Shown in pieces: positions 21,483 to 30,431 of a stretch of 64,000 bases of DNA (position 1 is the first letter of the stretch; each line of letters begins with the position of its first letter). Position numbers and translations under genes: made by a program. The notes beneath the pieces were generated by a model that saw only the letters and a list, made by a program, of their open reading frames with translations, searched no databases and was not told the DNA's origin. Origin of the DNA: Pirellulales bacterium (GTDB lineage: Bacteria; Planctomycetota; Planctomycetia; Pirellulales; PALSA-1355); assembly GCA_040877415.1 (NCBI GenBank), contig JBBDNV010000157.1, positions 230 to 64,229 of the forward strand, in the 5' to 3' direction.

Positions 21483-22796
21483 ATGCCGTACTTGCTCAAC
21501 TTCTTTTATCTCGTGCTGCTAACGGCCGCGTCGCCGTGGCTGGTCGTGCAGGCTGTACGCACCGGGAAATACCGCGAGGGGTGGGGCCAGAAACTCCTCG
21601 GGCTCGTGCCAAGGCGGCCGTCGACCGCTAGCTGCGTCTGGCTGCACGCCGTCAGCCTGGGCGAAATGAGCCTGATCGGTTCGCTCGTGGCGGAGCTCGA
21701 GCGGCGCCATCCCGATTTCGAGATCGTGATTTCCACCACCACGCTGACCGGCCGCGCGCTGGCCAAATCGCGCTACCCCGAGCACACGGTGTTTTATTGC
21801 CCGCTGGATTTCACCTGGGCCGTGCGACGGGCCCTGGCTCGCATTCGGCCCGACGTGCTGATCCTCGTGGAACTGGAATTGTGGCCCAACTTGATTGCCG
21901 CCGCCCGGCAAAGCGGGGCGAGAGTCGTGATCGTCAACGGGCGGTTGAGCGACCGCAGCTTTCGGGGCTATCGGCGCATCGGCCCGCTCGTGCGCCGGTT
22001 GCTCGAAAAAATCGACCTGGTCACTGCGCAGAATGAGCAGTACGCCGACCGTTTCCAAAAACTCGGCGCGCGGTCCAATGCCGTGCACGTCACCGGATCG
22101 CTCAAATTCGACGGCGCCCAGACGGATCGCGGCAACCCGGCGACGGTGCGCTTGCGCGAGTTGGCCCGTTTTGCGGCCGACGACGTCGTGTTTCTGGCCG
22201 GCAGCACGCAGGACCCCGAGGAACAGTTGGCAATCGAAGCGTACAAGGAGCTGGCGCCCGAGCATCCGCGCTTGCGGCTGGTGATCGTGCCGCGCCATCC
22301 CGAGCGCTTCGACGAAGTGGCCGGGCTGCTGGCCACCAGCGGGCTCGTCTGGGAAAAGCGCAGCCAATGGCCTGCTTCCGGCGGCAATCGCCTGGCCCGC
22401 GTGCTGTTGGTCGACAAAGTCGGCGAATTGGGAGCGTGGTGGGGCGCGGCGACCGTGGCTTACGTCGGCGGCAGCATGGGCAGTCGCCAGGGCCAGAACA
22501 TGATCGAGCCGGCCGCCTACGGCGCCGCCGTTTCGTTCGGCCCCAAGACCAAAAACTTCCGCGACGTCGTCTCGGCCCTCTTGGAGGCCGAAGCCGCGGT
22601 CGTCGTGCACGACGGGGCCCAACTGACCGCCTTCGTACGGCGCTGTCTCGACGAGCCTCAATTCGCCGGCGAGTTGGGGAGCCGCGCCGCGCGGGTCGTA
22701 GCTTCTCAATTGGGCGCCACTCGCCGCACGGTCGATTTGCTCGACCTGTTGCTCGAAGGCCGGGAAGCGACGCGCGATCGCCGCACGGCGGCATGA
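21483..22796 (+). CDS. waaA: Kdo transferase (3-deoxy-D-manno-octulosonic acid transferase)
   Basis: WLHAVSLGE, ELELWPN, VNGRLSDRSFRGY, GSLKFD, VPRHPERF and GQNMIEPAAYG. Confidence 0.95.
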   Translation: MPYLLNFFYLVLLTAASPWLVVQAVRTGKYREGWGQKLLGLVPRRPSTASCVWLHAVSLGEMSLIGSLVAELERRHPDFEIVISTTTLTGRALAKSRYPEHTVFYCPLDFTWAVRRALARIRPDVLILVELELWPNLIAAARQSGARVVIVNGRLSDRSFRGYRRIGPLVRRLLEKIDLVTAQNEQYADRFQKLGARSNAVHVTGSLKFDGAQTDRGNPATVRLRELARFAADDVVFLAGSTQDPEEQLAIEAYKELAPEHPRLRLVIVPRHPERFDEVAGLLATSGLVWEKRSQWPASGGNRLARVLLVDKVGELGAWWGAATVAYVGGSMGSRQGQNMIEPAAYGAAVSFGPKTKNFRDVVSALLEAEAAVVVHDGAQLTAFVRRCLDEPQFAGELGSRAARVVASQLGATRRTVDLLDLLLEGREATRDRRTAA

Positions 22797-22910
22797 AGCG
22801 CCGGCACGCCTGGTGCCGGGCCGCTGCCGGCTCGTACGCCGGCCGGACCCGTTCATCGCCGAAGCCGCAGCACGGAAGACTCCTAACAGGCAGCACGCAG
22901 CACGGCAGAG

Positions 22911-22940
22911 TTGCGAGGGCCGCTGAGCCGTGTTTATAAT
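22911..22940 (+). promoter_or_regulatory. Candidate sigma70 promoter for metK
   Basis: TTGCGA-N18-TATAAT; AGGAG RBS at ~22998. Confidence 0.5.
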
Positions 22941-23010
22941 GCCGAATTGCCCTCCGGGCGTCGTCCGTCCAGCACGGATTACCTTCCTCCCCGTCATAGG
23001 AGATGGCCAC

Positions 23011-24198
<1,188 letters not shown>

Positions 24199-24262
24199 TA
24201 CGACAGAGACCCTGTGGTGCTACGCGATTCCCTCACCCCTGGCGGGCTTTGCACAAGAACCC

Positions 24263-24460
24263 CTAGATCATAGCTAGTTCTTGTGCAACTGGCGATTCTG
24301 CCCAAAAAGTCGTTTCGATTCCAAGCTCGTAGGATTCCTGGATCAGGCAGCAGATATTGTGGCAGACGATCTTGCAGAGCACTTCGTTGACCATCGCCAC
24401 GTCTGACTTGCGGCGCACGTGGTCACGGAACTTCGCCTTAATCATGGAGAAGGTCGACAT
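24263..24460 (-). pseudogene. DDE transposase remnant (C-terminal 65 aa only)
   Basis: STFSMIKAKFRDHVRRKSDVAMVNEVLCKIVCHN resembles the segment after the catalytic Glu (R-S-x-x-E-S-T-F-x-x-x-K) of IS4/IS5-type transposases. The stop lies 18 bp inside the left TIR. Confidence 0.75.
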
Positions 24461-24519
24461 GTCAATGCCTTGGCGGTAATTTACTTGTAAATAATGTATT
24501 TTCTGGTAATATACCAGCT

Positions 24520-24657
24520 ATGGCCAAGATCATGCTCAAAGTACCCGGTTTTCGTTGCGAGAGATGCGGGCACGAGTGGCAGCCGCGCGCGTCAAAGCGC
24601 CCGACCGTGTGCCCTAAGTGCAAAAATCCGTACTGGGATAAGCCGAAGAAGGTCTAG
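24520..24657 (+). CDS. 45-aa C4 zinc-finger/zinc-ribbon micro-protein (not in the ORF track)
   Basis: Hand translation MAKIMLKVPGFRCERCGHEWQPRASKRPTVCPKCKNPYWDKPKKV*: CxxC...CPxC, basic, ending 6 bp before the RM gene. Confidence 0.75.
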   Translation: MAKIMLKVPGFRCERCGHEWQPRASKRPTVCPKCKNPYWDKPKKV

Positions 24658-24663
24658 CTAGCC

Positions 24664-27282
24664 ATGAGCGAAGAACTTCTCCAGACCATTCCATTCCAGA
24701 TCGGCAAGTACACGTATTACCGACTTGGCAATACAACCCTCGCGCAGCTTAGGAACGCAGGCATCATCCCGAAGAAGAATTACGAGAAGCTAGAGGCTAA
24801 GAAACCAGATGGCTTGATTGTGTACCACGGCAGGATAAAGGCTGTTGTCGAATACAAGCAGCCCAAGGATTTGTCTTCCGAAAGAAAAATCAACAAGGCG
24901 ATTGCCCAGGAATTAGAGGTAGCCAAAGCGCTTTCCAAGATTTTGATCGTCACTGACTCAACTAAGACATTTTGGATCAATGCACTGAATGGCGAGCGAA
25001 TTCAGGACATGGAGGGCAACGACCTAGAAACCGTCTTTCACGCATTCGCCGTTAGGAACCCGACCTTGTTGGAATACCTACTGGATGAAGTCGACGCCTC
25101 GGTCAGCGCAACGAATTCCACCATCCGGCGACCACGGCTCATCGACCCGACACCATTGGCAACTCGCCTATGGCAAACGATTTGGGTTGCGACGGGGAAG
25201 TCACCCGTCAAATGCCTCTACAACGTCGTCGAGTTATTCATCTTCAAGTTCCTGAGCGACTTGCGGGTTTTGCCGGATGACATTGCATTCAATCGGATTC
25301 GAGAGAAGGCAATGGAGGACCCAGAAGAAGCCCTAGACTTTTACGCGAAAAACACCCGGAAGAAAATATACAAGCTCTTTCCGGCGGGTGGAGACGGTAC
25401 GACCATCATCAACGGAACGATCTTTGTTGCAGAGAACGGGGAAGCCAACCTTTCGCAGTCGGTCCTATTCCGTCGGTCACTGGACCATTTGCATAAGTAC
25501 GCCGAAGAATTTGGCGGCCTCACTAAGATTGACAAGCAGTTCAAGACGAAGGTCTACGAGAGCTTTTTGAAGCAGGAAGTCGCGGCATTGGGCCAGTATT
25601 TCACGCCGCGCCGGATCATCCAATCGATTATCCGCATGGCCTCGCTTGACTCGCCTTCCTTTCGGTCTGCGGGCACGCGCATCTGTGACCCGTTTTGTGG
25701 CGTAGGAGGATTCCCACTTGAAATTCTGAACATGAATGAGGGAATGCAATGCTGCTATACCCCAGCGGCGGACAAGACCATATCGGTGCCGTTTGTGATT
25801 CACGGTTTCGACAAAGGCTTTGAGCGCGATGACGAGCGGACCATCATTCTCGCCAAGGCGAACATGCTCATTTATCTCTCGGAGTTGGTCTTTGCGTATC
25901 CCACTTGTTCTGGGGAGTTCTCCCGCGCATTCAACGACACGTTTATTCTTTTTAAGGACAATCTCGGGACCTTCGGGCACATCATCGACCAAGAGCAGGA
26001 GAAGTACGATTTCATCCTGAGCAACCCGCCTTATGTCACAAGCGGCTCTGGCATCATCAAAGAAGAGATCAAGCGGACCCCGCGTACTTCAACCAAATAC
26101 CCCGTGAATGCGCTAGGTTTGGAAGGTCTCTCGATGGAGTGGATCGTCCGATCACTCAAGAAGGGCGGCCGGGCATTTGTCATTGTTCCAGACGGCATAC
26201 TCGGACGGGTGGGTGGTAAAAAACTACGAAGCCATATCCTGCGCGAATGCTACCTCGATGCAATCGTATCTCTGCCTTTGCGTACCTTCTACGCGAATTC
26301 CGAACACACCTACATCATCGCGCTTACAAAGAAGCACAACCCAGATGACGCACAGACGAAACCCGTCTTTACGTATCTGGTTTCCAATATCGGTGAACGG
26401 CTAAAGAGCGTCCACCGGGAGGAAATCGAAGAAGATGACCTCCCTCAAATGGAAAGCCTCTATAAGATCTTCTCGGCAACTGGTGACGCGACGAGGAAGA
26501 TGCTGGAAAGGGAAACCGGCCGCTGTAAGATTCTAGATATTGTGCGATTCCGCGAAGAGCCTCACTGGGTTATAGATCGATGGTGGACGAAGCAAGAACT
26601 GATTGATGCCGGCGTAGAGGAAGGCACCAATGCCGCCGAAAAGCCAGAGGTCGATGCGGCAACTAAAGCGTTCAACGGGGCTGTCGCCGATTACGACCGG
26701 TTCATTTCTGCGAATCCATTGGCCGAGATGCAGCACAGGGCCGTACTCTTGGGAGACGAGTCATGCTTCAAAACATTTATCGGCAAGCGTGTGCTTCTCA
26801 AGGACATTACTGACGACGACAGCAACATTCCGCTATTCAGCGCCAATGCGATTCAGCCGATGGGGTTCGTCGAGAAAGGAAACATTTCTGATTTCAACTA
26901 CCCTGCCATACTATGGGGGATCGACAACAGCCTGTTCAACTACAAATTGATTGCCTCTGGAGAGGAGTTTGCCACGACAGATCATTGCGGGGCGATTCAG
27001 ATACTCGACAAATCGATTATGCCAGAGTATCTGCTCTATGCGTTGTGCCTTCTTCGATCCGAGAAAACTTTTGATCGATCGTTCCGCTCGTCTCTTTCAA
27101 ATATGCGTCTTCTGTCGCTAGAGATTCCCGTAAAGCAGGGCGGTGGGTTTGACGTTCGGGCGCAAAAGTCGATCGCCAAGCGATTCACTGCAATGCAAGA
27201 GAAGCAACAGCAGCTAGGCATCGCCAAAAAGCGGCTTGACGACGTGTTCTCCCGGTACTTAGTGATGGGAAACTGGCATTAA
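24664..27282 (+). CDS. Single-chain type IIG-like restriction-modification enzyme (PD-ExK nuclease + N6-adenine MTase + TRD)
   Basis: N-terminal KPDGLIV...VVEYK. GQYFTPR, ICDPFCGVGGF (motif I) and ILSNPPY (motif IV), i.e. gamma order. C-terminal HsdS-like TRD with a terminal helix. Confidence 0.85.
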   Translation: MSEELLQTIPFQIGKYTYYRLGNTTLAQLRNAGIIPKKNYEKLEAKKPDGLIVYHGRIKAVVEYKQPKDLSSERKINKAIAQELEVAKALSKILIVTDSTKTFWINALNGERIQDMEGNDLETVFHAFAVRNPTLLEYLLDEVDASVSATNSTIRRPRLIDPTPLATRLWQTIWVATGKSPVKCLYNVVELFIFKFLSDLRVLPDDIAFNRIREKAMEDPEEALDFYAKNTRKKIYKLFPAGGDGTTIINGTIFVAENGEANLSQSVLFRRSLDHLHKYAEEFGGLTKIDKQFKTKVYESFLKQEVAALGQYFTPRRIIQSIIRMASLDSPSFRSAGTRICDPFCGVGGFPLEILNMNEGMQCCYTPAADKTISVPFVIHGFDKGFERDDERTIILAKANMLIYLSELVFAYPTCSGEFSRAFNDTFILFKDNLGTFGHIIDQEQEKYDFILSNPPYVTSGSGIIKEEIKRTPRTSTKYPVNALGLEGLSMEWIVRSLKKGGRAFVIVPDGILGRVGGKKLRSHILRECYLDAIVSLPLRTFYANSEHTYIIALTKKHNPDDAQTKPVFTYLVSNIGERLKSVHREEIEEDDLPQMESLYKIFSATGDATRKMLERETGRCKILDIVRFREEPHWVIDRWWTKQELIDAGVEEGTNAAEKPEVDAATKAFNGAVADYDRFISANPLAEMQHRAVLLGDESCFKTFIGKRVLLKDITDDDSNIPLFSANAIQPMGFVEKGNISDFNYPAILWGIDNSLFNYKLIASGEEFATTDHCGAIQILDKSIMPEYLLYALCLLRSEKTFDRSFRSSLSNMRLLSLEIPVKQGGGFDVRAQKSIAKRFTAMQEKQQQLGIAKKRLDDVFSRYLVMGNWH

Positions 27283-27396
27283 GAGTTTTTGTGCAGACTC
27301 ATCCCTTTTTGTGCAGAGGGGCCTTATTGTGCAAAGCCCCCCTGGCGGGAGAGGGTCCCCGTGAGGGGGCAAGGCGCACAGTAAGGTTGAACAGGC

Positions 27397-28236
27397 ATGG
27401 ACGCATCAACCACGTTTGGCCCTCCGGTCGGCATGGGCCTCGCCGCGCCGGTGTTGTCTCGGCTGGGGCGCGTACTGGCGATTTCGGCAATCGGCTTGCT
27501 TGCTTTGACCGGGCTGGTGATTTGCGCGCGCCGCGCGACCGGCGCGCTTGCCGAGCCGCTTTCGCCGGGGCTGCTCGCCGGTCTGGGCGTCGTTCTGGCC
27601 GCGCTGGCCGTATTGTTTCGCAAAACGTTTGTCGCCGTGCCGCTTCCCCGCGCCGCCGCCTTTGCACTGTGGGCCGCGCCTTCGAGCGTGCTAGTGATTT
27701 GGGCGGCGGCCGTCTCGCTTGAAGGGAGCGGCACGCTGGGACTGGTGGCACTATTTGGAGTTTTGCTTCTGGAAGAGGGTTACAGTTGGGGCCGGCTGCG
27801 GGTGAAGTCCGACGCCGCGACCAGGCACGCTAAAGCGCCGCTCGATTCGCTCGCCCCACGCGGGGCTGCCGGACGGCCGGGAGTCTGCAATGCTCCGGCC
27901 ATTGAATCCGACCGCGACGAAGCGGTAACTCAAAGCATGATCCGCCGGCAGCGCGAGACGGGCGAAGTGATCGAGGGCTGGCTGCGCGTCGACTTTGCCG
28001 CGGCGCAGCGTCACGCCGCGGCCCACGTGGCCATTTGCCCACCGATGGATCGCGTGCCCGAGTGTTTCGCCGAACAAATGGATGGGCCGCCGGCGGCGAT
28101 CAAGGTCGCGCAGGTGCTGGCCTGCGGCGTGCGGTTCGAAGTCAAGCTCGACCAGCCGGCCGAGGAACCGGCGAGCGTCTTGATCGAATTCTCGATTCAA
28201 GAGCGGCCGGCCAATTCCTTGGAAGAAGAAGGATAA
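27397..28236 (+). CDS. Hypothetical membrane protein (about 4 TM plus a soluble C-terminal domain)
   Basis: Hydrophobic N-terminal half and host-like codon usage; no recognisable family. Confidence 0.65.
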   Translation: MDASTTFGPPVGMGLAAPVLSRLGRVLAISAIGLLALTGLVICARRATGALAEPLSPGLLAGLGVVLAALAVLFRKTFVAVPLPRAAAFALWAAPSSVLVIWAAAVSLEGSGTLGLVALFGVLLLEEGYSWGRLRVKSDAATRHAKAPLDSLAPRGAAGRPGVCNAPAIESDRDEAVTQSMIRRQRETGEVIEGWLRVDFAAAQRHAAAHVAICPPMDRVPECFAEQMDGPPAAIKVAQVLACGVRFEVKLDQPAEEPASVLIEFSIQERPANSLEEEG

Positions 28237-28311
28237 CCACCAAGACACCAAGAGCACCAAGGAAAGTAGAGACAACCTCCTTCGCTCTTTAGTCTTGGTG
28301 TCTTGGTGGTT
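28235..28311. repeat. Palindromic intergenic repeat built from CACCAAG units; probable bidirectional terminator
   Basis: 19-bp perfect inverted repeat AACCACCAAGACACCAAGA / TCTTGGTGTCTTGGTGGTT between convergent genes. Confidence 0.7.
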
Positions 28312-28312
28312 G

Positions 28313-29338
28313 TCATTCGTGGTTTTCTCCGGACGCGGCCTGCAGGACTTCGCCCATTTTTTCCAGCACCCGGGGCGTGGGCACCTCGATGCGGCCGTCG
28401 AGCAGGAAGACGAAATTGTCGGCCAGGATTTCCTCGGGATGAATGATGTAGCGGGTGTTGCGGCCCACTTGCTCGTGATAGCCGGGCACGTCGTCGGGAT
28501 CCCATAACACGGGATTGCCGGCGTCGAGCACAGGCCGCCACTCGCCGCCGGCATTTTCCACCGCCATCAGCTTGAAGGTCAGATAGGTGAAAAGGCTGCC
28601 GCCCCGGGCCGGGTCGTAGCCGGGAGTCTTGGAAAACAGCACGGGCACGAGCTGAATTTGCCGGCCGCCCCGCGTCACGGTGATGTAGTGCTTGATCACC
28701 GGCGCGTCGGGGTTCGTGATCTTTCTCGCCCGCAGCGGTTCGGGCAGTTGCACTTCATTCGACGGCTGAAAGCCGATTGTGGCGTACAGCGCGTCGCGGA
28801 GCTTGGGATTGTGGCTGCTGAGAACGTGAAACAGCTCGTGCGGCAGGATTCTGGCCAGCTTGCCGCCGTCCACCATGTTTTGCGGCAGCACGATCGCCGA
28901 GCCGCGGCAATAGGCCGCCCCGCCTTCCTCGCGACCGGTGGTCTTGACCAGCAGCACCACCGGCGGCAGCTTGAGTTTCCAGGGGGCGATTTTTCGGGCC
29001 AGCTCCTCGACGAGCGGCGTCAGCTTTTCGATATCCGCGCCGGTCCACGGCACAACGTGCCCCGCCACAAAGGCCACGAGTTCGTCCTCGCTCACGTCGC
29101 GGTCGGTCCGGAGCCGAACCTGCCGGTCGAATGGACTCATCCGCTTGATGTAGTCGTCGCGCCGAGTCAATGCCTCGATGCCGTCGCGTACGTCGGCAAA
29201 CCGGACGACCGTTCCCTCGGCAAGCGGAATGTCGCTCGCGGCCAGCGCCGAAGCCGGCCAAACCGCCGCGACCATCACGCATCGCAGAGACCAGGTTCGC
29301 AGGGCTCGCGCGTTCGCAAACAGGCGGCGGTTGACCAT
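28313..29338 (-). CDS. Secreted hypothetical protein with an HExxH (zincin-like) motif
   Basis: Signal-like ...ASALAA, PHELFHVLS and downstream HPEEILADNF. Start uncertain. Confidence 0.7.
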   Translation of the reverse strand: MVNRRLFANARALRTWSLRCVMVAAVWPASALAASDIPLAEGTVVRFADVRDGIEALTRRDDYIKRMSPFDRQVRLRTDRDVSEDELVAFVAGHVVPWTGADIEKLTPLVEELARKIAPWKLKLPPVVLLVKTTGREEGGAAYCRGSAIVLPQNMVDGGKLARILPHELFHVLSSHNPKLRDALYATIGFQPSNEVQLPEPLRARKITNPDAPVIKHYITVTRGGRQIQLVPVLFSKTPGYDPARGGSLFTYLTFKLMAVENAGGEWRPVLDAGNPVLWDPDDVPGYHEQVGRNTRYIIHPEEILADNFVFLLDGRIEVPTPRVLEKMGEVLQAASGENHE

Positions 29339-29351
29339 AAGGCCTCGGTGG

Positions 29352-30092
29352 CTACTTGACGCCTTCCAGCACGGCCCACATCTCTTTTCGCCAGGGCGTG
29401 CCAACGCTGCGGAATCCGCAGTCGCACAGGTAGCCCAGTTGGGCCTCGACCGTTTCGTGGCAATCGTCGCCGCTGGCGCGCGGCTGGTCGAATCGGGTCA
29501 CGTTGCGTTCCTTCCATTTCTCGAACATCGGCCGCATGGTTTCGCTGACCCGGCCGTCGTCGACGATCTGGAGCAAGTGGGCCGCCCACTGTTCGAGCCG
29601 GGCCCGATATTTGGCGTCGTCCGCGTCGCGACACTCGTCGCCGTTCAAGAGAATGCCCAGCGGCACGAGCGCCTCGTACGCGCGCTGGTAAAGCTGCCGT
29701 TTCTCGTCGGGAGTGAGATGGTGAATGGCCGACATGCTCGTGATCACGGTGGGCGCTTCGGGCAAAGCCGACGCCCAATCGTCTTGGAGCCGCGCGGTCA
29801 AGCATGTTCCGCGGCCCGCGAAGGGCGCCATCCGGCTGGCGGCGATTTCCAGAAACGGCGCCGACTGGTCGACGACGATGGCCGTAGCGCGCGGAAATCG
29901 GGCCAGAAACTTTTCGGACAATCGCCCCGATCCGCCCCCTAAATCCACGAGCAAGAATTCCGCGTCGCGCGGCCGGGCAACCTGGTCGAGGATCGTGTCC
30001 TGGATTTCCACGTAATAGGGGTGAATCACGTGGGCCGCGGCGTCGTAGCCGGCCGCGTGATCGGCGATATTCCAGCGATAGGGATGCGTCAT
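29352..30092 (-). CDS. Class I SAM-dependent methyltransferase
   Basis: LVDLGGGSG, VDQSAPFL, SMSAIHHL and LVPLGILLNGD. Confidence 0.85.
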   Translation of the reverse strand: MTHPYRWNIADHAAGYDAAAHVIHPYYVEIQDTILDQVARPRDAEFLLVDLGGGSGRLSEKFLARFPRATAIVVDQSAPFLEIAASRMAPFAGRGTCLTARLQDDWASALPEAPTVITSMSAIHHLTPDEKRQLYQRAYEALVPLGILLNGDECRDADDAKYRARLEQWAAHLLQIVDDGRVSETMRPMFEKWKERNVTRFDQPRASGDDCHETVEAQLGYLCDCGFRSVGTPWRKEMWAVLEGVK

Positions 30093-30310
30093 GTTGATCC
30101 TGCTCCTCCAAGAGTTTGCCGCTCGGCTGGTCAATATAATTCTCCCGGGTGCCCCAGGACCAGCGTGGGGCCGTTTGCCGGCCGGCCGGCGGCGGGATAG
30201 TAATAATAGAGGGCCCGCCGCGGCCGCTTGTTCGCTTTCGCGTTGAAGAATCGTCCATTCCATAGCAGAATCTTCGTATGGCCCGCTGGCCGCGACACGT
30301 TCGGACGACG

Positions 30311-30391
30311 ATGATCACCTATTTGATGATCTTCGGGCTGTTCCCGCTGCTCTGCGCATTGGCGTGGGCCTGGGTGCGCGGGTGGTTTTAA
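30311..30391 (+). CDS. Putative 26-aa single-TM small protein (not in the ORF track)
   Basis: Hand translation MITYLMIFGLFPLLCALAWAWVRGWF*; GC3-rich codons; fills the intergenic gap. Confidence 0.5.
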   Translation: MITYLMIFGLFPLLCALAWAWVRGWF

Positions 30392-30431
30392 CGGCTGGCT
30401 CGCGGCGGCCGAATCCGGAGACCTTTCGACT

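Larger units (their letters stand above)
24245..27338. mobile_element. Non-autonomous IS5-family (IS903-like ends) transposon carrying restriction-modification cargo
   Basis: 12-bp perfect TIRs GGCTTTGCACAA at 24245-24256 and (reverse complement) 27327-27338. Direct repeat CCCCTGGCG at 24236-24244 and 27339-27347. GC visibly lower than the flanks. Contains a transposase remnant. Confidence 0.9.

Noticed and set aside
22800-23010. SAM riboswitch upstream of metK
   Set aside because: No SAM-I, SAM-II, SAM-V or SAM-SAH consensus elements recognised by eye; an Rfam scan would be decisive.
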